A stretch of DNA of 64,000 nucleotides, taken from Azolla caroliniana (taxonomy: Eukaryota > Plantae > Polypodiophyta). Below, in pieces: positions 22,401 to 35,543 of this stretch. The notes under the pieces are model-generated. The model searched no databases, was not told the DNA's origin, and saw nothing but the letters and a program-made list of their open reading frames with translations. The translations under genes and the position numbers were made by a program. Location: contig JBHGNT010000003.1 in the NCBI GenBank assembly GCA_043228905.1, positions 16,678,001-16,742,000 on the forward strand. The letters run 5' to 3'. The stretch's first letter is position 1. Each line of letters begins with the position of its first letter.

Positions 22401-24827
22401 CGATCAGTAGACCCAATTGGCAAGAGACCGGTTAGCACTCGAGGAACCGGCCAAGACCCCGAATCGGATTCGGATGAAGAGCAAATGGAGGAGCCAGTTA
22501 CCGAAGCCCGAAGACGGAGATATCCTCTCAGAGAGAGAAGGGCCCCCCGGAGATTTCCGGATGAAGAGCATGTTCTGCTGACCGATGAGGGGGAGCTGGA
22601 AAGCTTCGAAGAAGCGAAGGATGACACCCACAGCCGCAAATGGTTAAGTGCCATGCAGGATGAGATGGATTCCCTACATGAGAACCATACGTACGAATTG
22701 GTGGAGTTGCCGAAAGGAAAGCGGGCACTCCAAAACAAGTGGGTGTACAAGTTGAAACTGGGAGATGCTGGCAACCCCCCGAGATACGAAGCCAGAATCG
22801 TGTTGAAGGGGTTCCAGCAGAAGAAGGGTGTGGACTTTGACGAGATATTTGCCCCGGTTGTAAAGATGACCTCCATCCGGATGGTGCTGAGTATAGCGGC
22901 AAGCATGGACCTCGAGGTAGAGCAGCTGGACGTGAAGACGGCATTCCTTCACGGCGACCTCGAAGAGGAGATCTACATGCAGCAACCGGAAGGATTCGTG
23001 GAGAAAGGGAAGGAGCACCTGGTATGCCGGCTGAAGAAGAGCCTGTACGGACAGAAGCAGGCTCCCCGTCAATGGTACTGGAAGTTCGACTCCTTCATGG
23101 CCGATCAAGGGTATCACAAGATGCAGGCCGATCACTGCATGTTTGTGAAGAAGTTCGAAGGAGGCGACTTCCTGATACTCCTTCTGTACGTGGATGACAT
23201 GTTGATCGTCGGACGGGACCAAGTCAAAATACGGATGCTGAAGAAGGCTCTCAACCGGACCTTCTCAATGAAAGACTTGGGTCCGGCAAGACAGATGTTG
23301 GGGATGCATATTATCCGGAACCAGTCAGCGAAGCAATTATGGTTGTCACAGGAGAAGTACGTGACAAAGGTGCTTCACCGGTTGAACATGTCAGATGCGA
23401 AACCGGTCGGATCGACACTTCCGGAAAACTGCAGGCTATCCGGTAAGCAAAGCCCGAAGACGAAAGCAGAGAAGGCGGATATGATGAAGATTCCATATGC
23501 CTCTGCCATCGGGAGCTTAATGTACGCAATGGTTTGTACCCGACCGGATATAGGATATGCAGTCGGAGTGGTGAGCCGGTGTATGAGCAATCCCGGCAAG
23601 GAGCACTGGAACGCGGTCAAATGGATACTCCGGTATTTGAAGGGCACTTCAAATATGTGTCTCCGATTCGGCTCCGGAAAACCTCAACTTGACGGTTTCA
23701 CCGATTCGAATATGTCGGCTAATGTGGATACCAACCGGTCTACATCCAGGTATGTAATGACATATGCAGGGGGAGCTGTTTCGTGGCAGTCGAGGCTGCA
23801 GAAGACGGTTGCATTGTCAACCACGGAGGCGGAGTACATGGCGGCTGTGGAAGTCGACAAGGAAATATTATGGATGAAGGACTTCATCGGAGAGCTCGGT
23901 ATCCGGCAAGATGAATACCGACTCTATTGCGACAGTCAAAGTGCCATCCACCTTGCTAAGAATGTGGCCTACCATTCCCGGACGAAGCATATCCAGCGAA
24001 GGTATCACTGGATCCGGGAAAGAGTAGATGACCAGGAGTTCGCATTGACAAAGATCCACACGGCTGAGAACGGGTCAGATATGCTGACCAAAGTGCTGAT
24101 ACCTGACAAGCTGGATGCATGCCGGAAGACAATCAGACTGGTAAGACACCCTATGCCGGAGTGAAGGGGGAGTTTGTTGGGAGACAGGTCCCTCCGGATG
24201 GGAAGGGAGAAGAACAGTGCAGATGAACAAACTCGGCCGAGGCCGAAACCGGATGAGGAGTACCCGGTTACGGAGAGCCGGATGGTGCAGACCCGGTGAA
24301 GACCGGATGAGGAGTACCCGGCTATGGAGAGCCGGATGGTGCAGAACCGGTGAGGAATGCTCACCGGATGAAGAGACATATTCGTAAATATGTTTCTTAG
24401 AGTCCACCGAGGCTATATTTGTAAATAGCCGAAAAGTCATATTAGTATAAATATGACTTAGGGCAAACTTCTAGATAGAGTTGTTGTCATTCTTGTTGGC
24501 GCAAGGAGTGAGAGATCACGTAACTGTGGACAGAGAGAGAGAGAGAGAGAGAAAGAGGCCGTTGCCTCTGTTGTAACCGCCGCCTGTGGCGAAGATCGTG
24601 AGCACGAGGTCGTTGCCTCTGTGAACTCACTGTTGTACATTCTAACATAGTGATAGTTTGCAGCCTGTGGGCTGCCATGGTTTTTTACCCTAGTTTGGGG
24701 TTTTCCACGTAAACATCATGTGTACTCTTCTCTTCTTCGTGTCATGTTTTCTTTCCCATTTTCTGTGTATGATCCTAAGCTCGGTTGTGGCCGAGCGTTG
24801 CGCATAAGGAGCGTCTAGTTCTCGTCA
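19492..24827 (+). mobile_element. Copia E: full-length Tnt1/Tork-like Ty1/copia element with few lesions
   Basis: LTRs 19492-20188 and 24175-24827, perfect TSD GCATT, PBS TGGTATCAAAGC 20191, PPT GAAGGGGGAG. Gag-PR-INT 20218-22080 (CFYCGKPGHFQKNC, WVVDSGAS), RT-RH 22485-24164. Confidence 0.95.
19564..19725 (+). repeat. 54-bp tandem repeat in the U3 of copia E (3 copies in the 5' LTR, 2 in the 3' LTR)
   Basis: Unit ATGAGGAGTACCCGGCTACGGAGAGCCGGATGGTGCAGACCCGGTGAAGACCGG. Confidence 0.9.
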
Positions 24828-27800
24828 GCATTGTCCATGTCACGATTACGGTTTCCATCGGCATTACCGGTGCTTGTCCGGTCATGAGTTCTGCCGGCAT
24901 ATAACCGGTTACGGAGCTATGCGTTGTCCGATCCGCCCATAGTGCATACGGAAGCATCTGCATCCAATCCTTCACCCTTCCGTCGCATGCTTTGGCAAGC
25001 GCTTTGACGATCGAACTATGTCCTCGCTCGACCTTCCTGTTGGCTTCCGGATTGTATGTCGTTGTTAGTGTTAATCAAACTCCATGTTTGGCGAAGAATC
25101 CCCTAGCTTTATCAGAGTCAAGTTCTCCCCGATCCGCAATCACTTGTCCTACGCACCCATACCTACAAAACACTTCTTCCGAAAGGAATTGGCATACCGT
25201 AGAACACATTTTCCTCCGTAGCGCCTGACCTTCTACTTGATTTGTGTGATCTTCCCAAGCTAACACCAAGTACTTTTGTCTGATCCCGGTTGGCATGGCT
25301 ACAATGCCGACCATCCATTTGAAGTTGATTGTCAGTGAGAATGTCGGAAGTAACTTATCTCGGTGTCGAACTCCGGAGTAGATTTGACACTTCTCGCAGC
25401 TTTCTGTGAACTCCGCGACATCTTTGTACATATTTTTCCACCAATATCTTTTTGCTTGATCTTCCCAAATGTTGCCCATGTTCCCCGATGTCCAGCCCAA
25501 TCAGATTTGTGAAATTCGGACATTACCTAGTTTCGTTGCTCTTTTGTCCTGAGTACTCGAAGTGGTATGCCACCCGGTCTTTTCGGCTCCCTCCATAAAA
25601 TTCCATTTTTCAAGAAGAACTTTCGGACTTGCCGTTTCTTACTTTGGATCTCGGCTCTCTTCTCTTTATTGTCCGATGATTCCTCGATTTCTCGTAGCAT
25701 TTTCCCAATCAACAAGCTTTCTCCCTCGTATTCTTCTTCCCAGAATTCTTGGATTACATCCACCCGGCATATGCGCTCCAAAGCAAAGTAGTCTTCGGAA
25801 ACTTCTTCATTATCGGATTTGGTTATGCCATCTCCGAACCGCGCCCTTGATAGCATATCCGCTACAGCGTTGTCTTTTCCGGAGATGTGTCTTACCTCCA
25901 GATTAAGTGACTTAACATATGCAATCCATCTTAGCATAGCCACATCCGGTATCGTGCAACACCGCATCATCCCAAGTATCGGAAGACAATCCGTTTCAAT
26001 CACTACTTCGGCTCCAATCAAATAATCTCGATCCGATTTGATTGCTGACACGACTCCCCATAATTCTCTTTTAACTTGTGCATATCCACGTTTCCTTTCA
26101 TTGAGAACCTTTGCTCCGAATCGGATCGGATATCGCGAACCTTCCGGATCAGCTTGATTGATGACCCATCCGATTCCTGTTGAACTTGTGTCAACCGTTA
26201 CTATGATCGGTTGGTCATAGTTCGGCTTCTTTAGTGCTTCTACCCTCCGTAGTGATTTCTTAAGCTTCTTCACGGCTTTGGTATGCTCCGGTTTCCATTC
26301 AAAATTCTTACCCTTCCGCAACAAGTGATAGAGTGGGTCCGCTATATGTGCATAGTGTGGAATCCATATGTGGTAGAATGCACATGCTCCAAGAAACCTT
26401 CGAACTTCGGATTGTGACTCGCATACTTCTTTCATAGCTCGAATCACATCGATCTTGGTTGGTGACGGTCTTCGGCCGTAGGGCCCACATAGATGTCCGA
26501 CTACCAATATTTCTTCTTGTCCGAATGCCGATTTCTCTCCGGAAAGTGTTAGATGCACATCTTCTAACTTCCGTAACACTTTCTCACAATCACGGATATG
26601 GTTGACTACGAACCTTCGGCATCCCCGTTCATCCATAGCTTCATCTTTTTCTTCCACCGCACACCCTTTTATCAGAATGTCATCTAGGAACGGCATCGTT
26701 ATCTCTGGTATGCAATCCCGGAGCACCTTGTTCATCGCATTCATCATATGTGCGACTGAGTTCGTCGCGCCTTGTGGTAGCGTACACATCCCGACTAATC
26801 CTATCGGTGTCCGCATGGTAGTGATGTCTCGGCTCTTCACAGCTAGTTGGAATTGGTCATATCCGGAGTATAGGTCTCCGATGGAGTATATTGCGCGACC
26901 GGCAAATGCTTCCGCAAATTCGTCCACTATCGGACCGACTCCGGAGTTCCGGATCATGACCTTGTTCACCGGTTGCAAATCTTGAATAAATCGGAGTGAC
27001 CCATTCTTCTTCGGAACCATAAACCATCGATTTGAGTACGGAGCATTTGATGGCTCTAGAATCCCCATCGCCACCTTCTCCTTGAGCAAGTCGATGATTT
27101 TCGGAATATGCGCCCGTGGCACTGGAATCGGCTTCAGGTTCCACGGCACATGGTCAATCATGAAGATCACCATTGGCTCCACTATCTTCGGGTCAGCGCA
27201 TCCTATTTCTTTCGATGTAAATGCAAATGCTCTCCCATGTCGCTCTAGCATCCCACGAAATCGTTCTTCTTCATTCTTTAATAGGAACCCACCTCCACTG
27301 ATCCGAAGTTTCTTCCGGGTCTCATCCGTGAAGGCATGTCCGATATCCACGGATTTCCGAAGTGTCAGATCTCCCGAGATTTCTTTCCTCTTTTGTTCGC
27401 TAAAAGCGGGTAGTGGTCCCGCGGCCGGTTTCACCTTCTTCTCCACGGTCTTGTATTTCGTACTTACCATTGCTTCTTCTTTGCGGAGCGCATCCGGCCC
27501 CATTTTCACAATGATCTCGTACATCTTGACCGACTTCACCGGAATTACCCGGTTTCCCTGGCTTGTATCTTCCGCGAGCTCTTCAAGCCGTTGTAGTGTG
27601 TTTCCATAGAACACCTCTTCGACTATGCCCACGATTTCTTCGTCTTCTTTTATTATTGATGTCGATCGTAACTTATCCTCCACTTTTCGGTATTCTTTCT
27701 TCATTCCTCCGGTTACGGCCGTCTACGTGGATGCCCCATCCTGACCGATTCGTACTTGTTTTGCACCGAGAGGTTTCTTCCTGTGTGGGGTATCAGGGCT

Positions 27801-28288
27801 TCTCGGACTATCACTTCCCCACTCCGCAACAATCCGCTCTAAAAATCCATTCTTGTTTGGGACAAGAGCTCTCTCTTGTTCCTTTCATGATTTGCCGGCA
27901 CCGTTAGGAATTGGACGGATTTCCCTCCGTTTTGGCTCCAAATTCGTGCAAAAGCCGCACCGCTATCGAGCACCTTCGTCTCCATCCGTGATGCCGTAAT
28001 AAAACGTTGCCCGAGGGTCACGGAATGTGAGACCTCATCTTGTACGAAGAAATTTTGGTCGATCTCGACATCCCCAATCTTCATCGTCACATCCGGACAA
28101 GCCGCAAATAGATCTTCCGTTGCTTTAGTGGCCGCCCGGATCTTCCACCCATGATTCGTGTTAATAGGCCACTTACCCTTCCGGTAGAATTCCTTGGACA
28201 TCAAGTTGATCTCCGATCCGTGATCAATCAATGCTAGCACGGGTTCTTTGATGCTACCGATTCGAACCGGAGTCTTTGTAGTTGCGCG

Positions 28289-31200
28289 TGTCGAATACAA
28301 ATGTATAATGGACGTATTCACACTATCATCTTAGAGAGCCCAAGTTTGGGCTATTTCTGTAAATAACATAAAGGGCAGTTGCCCTAAATGAGTCACTATA
28401 TAAAGTGACTTTATAACCTTTTGTAAAGGTTGGTTGTTCATTGTTGTAGTTGTTGCCCTTTTATGAATATAGATATATTCTTTGTGCCTCTCTCTCTCTC
28501 TCTCTCTCTGTGCGTATTTTGTTCTTGCCTTTCTCATACGTAGGTATTTCTTCCTCACAGTTTCATACTGTGTGATCTCTTCCGCACTGACGGCCTTGTT
28601 CATTCCCTACATATGGTATCAGAGCTTGGATTTCCTTCATCCCGCTGCCGGCCGCCATTCGAATCTTTGGATCACAACATTCTGTTTTTTTTCTGTTTTG
28701 TATGAATATAGATATATTCTTTGTGCCTCTCTCTCTCTCTCTCTCTCTCTGTGCGTATTTTGTTCTTGCCTTTCTCATACGTAGGTATTTCTTCCTCACA
28801 GTTTCATACTGTGTGATCTCTTCCGCACTGACGGCCTTGTTCATTCCCTACATATGGTATCAGAGCTTGGATTTCCTTCATCCCGCTGCCGGCCGCCATT
28901 CGAATCTTTGGATCACAACATTCTGTTTTTTTTCTGTTTTGTATTTGAAGAAATAGAGAAGAGAGAAGAAGAAGAAAGAGGCTTGCATCTCATCGCGTTA
29001 GATCATCTTTGCTTGGAGTAAGCCAGCCGACTGTACTCTGTTCCTCGTGATCGTAACCGCTCGAGGTGAAATCCCCTTGTGCAACATTGACACGATCGTG
29101 CTCCACTTGGTTGAACGGCATCCGAACAGGTCACCGAACGCTGCTCGCCACCCGTTATAACCACTCGGTGCAGATCGGTCTCAAGACAACAACCCCAATT
29201 CGTGCTTCATCCGGCTGATTGACATTTGGGAGGATCAATTGGATCCGTCTCTCTTGTCGCTGCAGTCACCCGAAGCAGAATCGGTCCAGACAATCGGTAT
29301 TTGGCATATATATCCGGAAACGAACCGGGCTCACTCCGACTCGGCAACATTCGGGGAGACCAGTCGGTTATGTCCCTCAAGTTACCGGAGTCAATTCGAG
29401 CAAGTTCAACAATACATATATCCAAAACCGAACGATATCGGGTGAGTCGACCAGTTGCACTCCAACAAAGTTCGTAGTCAACTCCGAACCGAGCTTCGTC
29501 AACCGAAACCGAATCTGATGGCATCAACATCCGGCTCATCGGAAATGAGTCTAAGGAGGTTTGACGGTTCGAACTTCAATTTTTGGAAGGAGCAAATGCA
29601 GGAATATCTTATAGTCAAGGGTCAGATCGATCTGATTGAGAATGAAACTGCTCCAGAAATATACAAGGCAAATGAGTGGCAGAAGCTGGATAGAATCGTC
29701 TGCGCCACGATTCGGATGCACCTGTCGGAGTTAGTGTACTTCACAGTGCAATCGTGCACGACAGCCTTCGAACTTTGGAAGAAGTTGTCGGAAACCTACG
29801 AAAAGAAGGTCGCCTCAACGAAGATGTATTTGATCCGGTGCCTCTACAACTTGCGGATGAAAGACTCCGATTCGGTTCAGGCACACCTTAACGAGTACGA
29901 AAGTTTGAGCTCCCAAATCTTGTCACAGGGAACGACAATCGAGGATGAACTCAGAGCAATGATACTCATGAGCAGTCTCCCCTCCTCTTGGGAAACCTTC
30001 GTTACAACTGTGTGCAACGCTTCTACGACTGCCATCAAGTACTCCGAAGTCACAAGTGCAATCCTAACTGAAGCAGCTCGGAGAAAGTCTTTCACCAAAG
30101 ACTCGGTAGAAGAAGCCTATGTAGTACAAAGCTCGACCGACCGATCGAACAACAGGGGAAGAAGTTCTTCCCGACCACCGACAAATCAGCGAAGCCGCAG
30201 CAAGTCCCGGGAAACCCGAATCTGCAACTACTGCAAGAAACCGGGACACATCAAGGCCGACTGTCGGGTACTCAAGTCAAAGACAGACAAAGCTTAGAGA
30301 GCTGATCAGAGGAGTAACCAACATGAGGAAGTCAACTATGTCAGCTCTTTAGCCGAGATATTGACGACCGACCCAAACATATTCTCCATAGAGAATCCAG
30401 TCGAATCAAAAGTTCTGCTTACGACTGAGGAATCGAGCACATGGCTTCTGGACTCAGGCGCGTCGTATCACGTGACACCTCACCGATCACAGTTTCGGCA
30501 ATATTCGGACTGGCACTCCGACTCAGTTCGAGTCGGAAATTCACAACACTGTGCTATCATCGGAATCGGCACCATAGAGCTCAACCTTCCGGATGGCTCT
30601 ACACTCGTACTACACAACGTCCGACACGTTCCTGAGCTCTCACGACCCTTGATCTCAGTTGGACAACTTGATGAAGCTGGCATCCATGCTGGTTTCTCAT
30701 CAGGAGGATGGACACTCCACAAAGGAAACCTCCTGCTTGCTAGAGGACCAAAGGTACACTCATTGTACCCTTTGTATGTCACACTCAAAGAGGGTGACTT
30801 ATTTCTGGTAGATATCCCTGTGTCATCCTTATGGCATGGACGACTTGGATACCTCAGCAAGGCCGGCATCATGCACCTATCCAGAGCCGGATACATCCCG
30901 AAACTCTCCTTCTCGGACCATCAGTTTTACAAGCTTGCCAGTACGGCAAACAGGTAGCCGCATCACACCCGACATCAACACCAAGAGAGTCGAGCCCGCT
31001 CGATTTGGTCCACTCGACGTCTGTGGCCCGATGCCACATCAGTCACTCGGTGGTGCCTCGTACTTCGTCAGTTTCATTGACGACTCGACTTGGAAGGTGT
31101 GGGCTTACCCCATCAGAACCAAAGATCAGGTGTTCTCGATCTTCTCAGATTGGCTCGCAATGGTCGAAAACCAGACCGGTCGGAAACTGAAGTGTCTCCG

Positions 31201-34053
31201 AACTGACAATGGAGGTGAGTTCAAATCTGATGAATTTGTCAAATTTTGCTGAGAACGCGGCATTAGACGTGAATATACGGCACCATATAGTCCGGAGCAG
31301 AACGGAATCGTAGAACGCATGAATCGGACGATTCAAGAACGCGTTGTATCCATGCTCCAACACTCCGGACTGTAGGATGGCTTCTGGGCAGAGGCTCTAC
31401 TCACGGCAGTACACATAATCAATATGTCGCCAAGTAGACCTCTAGGACTTAAGATACCTCAGGAAATATGGACTGGCAGAAAGCCGAATTATGATAAGCT
31501 GAGGATTTTCGATTGCGAGGCATACGCACTCATACCAAAAGATGACCGCCGAAAACTCGAACTGAGATCAAGGAAATGCGTTTTCCTCGGTTATGGACCC
31601 GACGGCGAAATCGGATACCGACTCTGGGACCCCGAGCACAGGCAAATCGTCCGAAGTTCGGACGTCGTGTTCAACAAGTCGACTATGCACAAAACGGCCG
31701 AAAGGCCTATTGAAGTCCGAAGGGTAATATTTTCCGAAGTGCCAACCCTTCATGACGGCCCAACACACAACGTGAGATTGGTTTCACGGGTAACTGACTT
31801 CTCTTGCACCGAATCCACAGATTCGGCACAGCCGAATGGCTCGGCTTCTAACCATCCGACATCGACACCCGATGCGACCAGTCCAGTCATACCTCGAAGA
31901 TCCGAGAGACTGTCGCAACCTCCGGAGAGGTACTCTCCCGGAATTTTCTTCACCGACATCGGCGAACCGACATCCTACGAAGAAGCATCGGCAGCTGCCG
32001 ATTCAGCCACCTGGCATCTGGCAATGGAGTCGGAAATGCACTCCATCCGCGCCAACAAGACTTGGGATCTGGCCGACTTACTGAAGAATCGACGTGCTCT
32101 TCCTTGCAAGTGGGTTTATAGACTAAAGGAGACGTCCGACTCGACCACCCCAAAGTACAAGGCCAGATTAGTTGCGAAGGGATTTTGACAGGAATATGGC
32201 GTCGACTTCGATGAAATCTTTTCACCAGTGGTAAAAATGAAAACCCTTCGTTTCATGCTCAGTGTTGTGGCTGTCGACAATTTGGAGCTCATTCAGCTAG
32301 ATGTGAAAACGGCATTCCTCCACGGTGATCTAAAGGAGGAAATCTACATGGAGCAGCCGAAAGGCTTTGTGGCCACCGGTCAGGAACATCTAGTCTGCCG
32401 ACTCAGGAAGAGTCTTTACGGCCTGAAACAGGCACCCCGACAGTGGTACAAGAAGTTCGACGATTTCATCCAGTCTGTCGGCTTCTCCAAGAGCAATGAG
32501 GACCACTGCCTCTTCACCAAAACAGCTCAAGACGGTTCTCCCGTCTTCCTCATCATCTATGTGGACGACATGCTACTCTCTAGTCGGCATATCGGAGAGC
32601 TCACCAAACTCGTTCGGAAACTGCGATTGAAGTTTGCCATGAAGGACCTCGGTCCGGCAAGACACATAGTCGGAATGAAGATTAGTCGGAATCACGCCAA
32701 AAGACAGTTTTTCTGTCTCAAACCAACTACATCGGACGTGTCTTGGAACGCTTCAACATGCAATCGGCAAAGTCTGCTTCGACCCCGCTCCCCATTCATC
32801 TTCGGCTTTCTCAGCGAGACTGCCCGACATCCGGTCCGGAGGGGGAAGATATGAAGTCGGTACCGTATGCATCGGCAGTAGGCTCTCTGATGTACGCAAT
32901 GGTCGCGACACGGCCTGATATTTCTCATGCCGTAGGAGTCATCAGCAGATTTATGCACAATCCCGGCCGATCGCACTGGAACGCAGTCAAGCATGTGTTC
33001 AGATATTTAGCTGGCACAAAAGACCACGGCATCCTTTTCGGTCCGAACTCAACTTCAGGCGTACTCGGTTACACCGACTCGGACTTCGCCGGCTGTGTGG
33101 ATAGTCGCAAGTCAACAACCGGATATTGCTTTAAATTCGGCAATGGAGCAATCTCGTGGAAGTCGAAACTTCAGGAGTGCACAGCCACCTCAACGACCGA
33201 AGCAGAATATGTAGCTGCCTCCGACGCAGCGAAAGAAGCTTTATGGCTCGGTCGGCTGGCGCACACATTTCGGCAAGTCGACTCCGACTCAGCTCCAGTT
33301 CTCTACAGCGACAGTCCGAGTGCTGTTGCTTTGTCGAAAAATCTGGTTCATCACAACGCCTCCAAGCATATCAAAGTTCGATATCACTTTGTTCGGGACT
33401 GCGTCATTTCCGGGAAAATCGGTTTAGAGAAGATATCCACAACCGATAATGTCGCAAATGGAATGACCAAGTGTCTTTCGGCAAACCGGTTCCAGTCTCT
33501 TCGGCAACAGATGGGCGTAACAACATATCGGTCCGGTTGAAGCCGGACATAGTGCACGACGGTTTCGGACAACAGACATCGGTTCACTGACAATCGGCTT
33601 CAGCTTTTCCGACCCGACCAGTTCGGTCTTTTGTCTACGGATCATGCTGATTCGAACAAAACCGACCTGTCCGAGAACCTATGCCTATACTCGTACTTTT
33701 TAGATAACCCATGTATACGCCCATTACGGGGGAGTGTCGAATACAAATGTATAATGGACATATTCACACTATCCTCTTAGAGAGCCCAAGTGCGGGCTAT
33801 TTCTATAAATAACATAAAGGGCAGTTGCCCTAAATGAGTCACTATATAAAGTGACTTTGTAACCTTTTGTAAAGGTTGGTTGTTCATTGTTGTAGTTGTT
33901 GCCCTTTTATGAATATAGATATATTCTTTGTGCCTCTCTCTCTCTCTCTCTGTGCGTATTTTGTTCTTGCCTTTCTCATACGCAGGTATTTCTTCCTCAC
34001 AATTTCATACTGTGTGATCTCTTCCGCATTGACGGCCTTGTTCATTCCCTACA
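28289..34053 (+). mobile_element. Copia F: degenerate full-length Ty1/copia element with short LTRs
   Basis: LTRs 28289-28611 and 33735-34053, TSD GCGCG, PBS TGGTATCAGAGC 28614, PPT ACGGGGGAG. Gag from 29518 (CNYCKKPGHIKADC), WLLDSGAS protease, INT, RT, RH to 33540, with stops and frameshifts. Confidence 0.93.
28462..28941 (+). repeat. ~240-bp tandem duplication of the R/U5-PBS-leader of copia F
   Basis: 28462-28700 repeated at 28701-28941; PBS at both 28614 and 28855. Confidence 0.92.
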
Positions 34054-34652
34054 GCGCGTGCCCAATGTGGTTTTGTGTAGTGAGAATTCGGTATTTCGCC
34101 ATCCAATTCAGTGTCATTCATCAGAACGGTATTTGCATTCGCCCTTGGAGCGTTCTCCTTCGTACTTTGCCTTTTTCTCTTCACGAGATCCACAAGAAGA
34201 TCGTGGAACTCCTTCTTCGCTATTCCGAGTAATTCTCGAAGCGAAAAATCTACCCGGCTATCGAGGATACTCTCCTCGAACACCTTTTTCAAGTCCGTTT
34301 GTTGTTCTATTTCCGAGGCGAGCTTGAATGCCGGAATCATCTTTTCTTTTCCCTTACCTCCGGAGTTCCAGCTTTCCGGTGTCTTCGATGGACCGGCCGC
34401 CTCATCCGTGCGTCGTCGCTTCTCATCTACATACACTTCATGCAATTGGCATAAAGCAAACACGTTATTCTTATCAATAGGGCACTCCCATCCCGTAGCT
34501 TCCCGGATGCCTTCCGCGGTGCTTTGGATCTCGTTAGAGTCAGTTTTCTCGGTGTTTTCTAGCACTTCCGGCCAAAAAGACACCTTTGCTCCCGATGACT
34601 CCCCGACACGTATTCCCGCGGTTGTCGCGTAATTGTTCTTCGCCGCTATTTT

Positions 34653-34672
34653 AGACCCTAAACCCTAAACCC
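34653..34672 (-). repeat. Short interstitial plant telomere-type repeat
   Basis: Minus strand reads GGGTTTAGGGTTTAGGGTCT inside the gag of D. Confidence 0.7.
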
Positions 34673-35543
34673 TTTTCCTCCTCTAGGATCTTCTTCATGC
34701 CACCTTTCCGGAAGTTCGGTCGGAGTGGCTTCCGAGAGTCCATCGAATGAATCCAATTTCCCTCGTAGTAGATAAGATCCCGTCGTAACGCCTCCTTGTG
34801 CTCGTCTCAATCCCTCCGATCATGTTCGGTGCTATCGCACCATATGCATCGACGGTCCATATACTTGGAACTTGTGGGACGGTCATCCGACTTCTTCACC
34901 ATCGCGATTTTTAGATTCTCCATCTCCTTCAGCAACGGCTCCACCGTAGTTGCGTCGATTCCCTTCTCAGTTGTAGCTTCCCGAGCCCGCGGTTGATGGT
35001 CTTCCGATCCGGATCTCAGTTTCGGAATCGGTTCCGAAACCCTCTTTTCTTCGTTGGCAAGCCATTGCCCCCTCTTTGTGTATCGTGCGACAATATCCCG
35101 CACGCTTTCCCATGTTTCGGTGAGGCCACTCTCGGTATTCGTGTCCTCTAGAAGCACTCCAAGATCCTTCTGGTCCCGGACGTCTACAGCTCGTAAGAAC
35201 ATGATAACTTTGTCTGGTGCGAGGATAGCTTGATCTCTCGCAGACAACCTCCCGAACCGACTTTCGAATGCCGAAAACACATCGAGGACCTTCATCCCCT
35301 TGTCCGGCATTTCTACCCAATCCTCGAATCCTCTCTGCGTTGCCTTGGAGGAGTCCTCGATAGCGAACGTGGTCTTTAGCGCCTCTTCAAACGCTTCCCA
35401 TGTCGGATTTTGTTGTCGTAGCCCGTGGATACTTGCTTGAAACCCGTCGGTAGCCACCCGGTTGAAGGATGTCACTTGCAGTCCTTCCGAAATCCCGCAC
35501 CGTAGCATTTCCGCCTTGTAGTCCTGAAGATAGCGCGATACGT

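Larger units (their letters stand above)
18011..35543 (-). mobile_element. Gypsy D: element of the same lineage as C, interrupted by copia E and copia F and truncated at gypsy G
   Basis: 3' LTR 18011-18912 with PPT GGAGGGGGCGAG 18913-18924. Integrase 18969-19491 and 24828-25520; RT/RH ORF 25527-27704; protease LALIDHGS 27839-28288; gag pieces 34054-35543 (CIWCDSTEH knuckle). 5' LTR absent. Confidence 0.88.
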
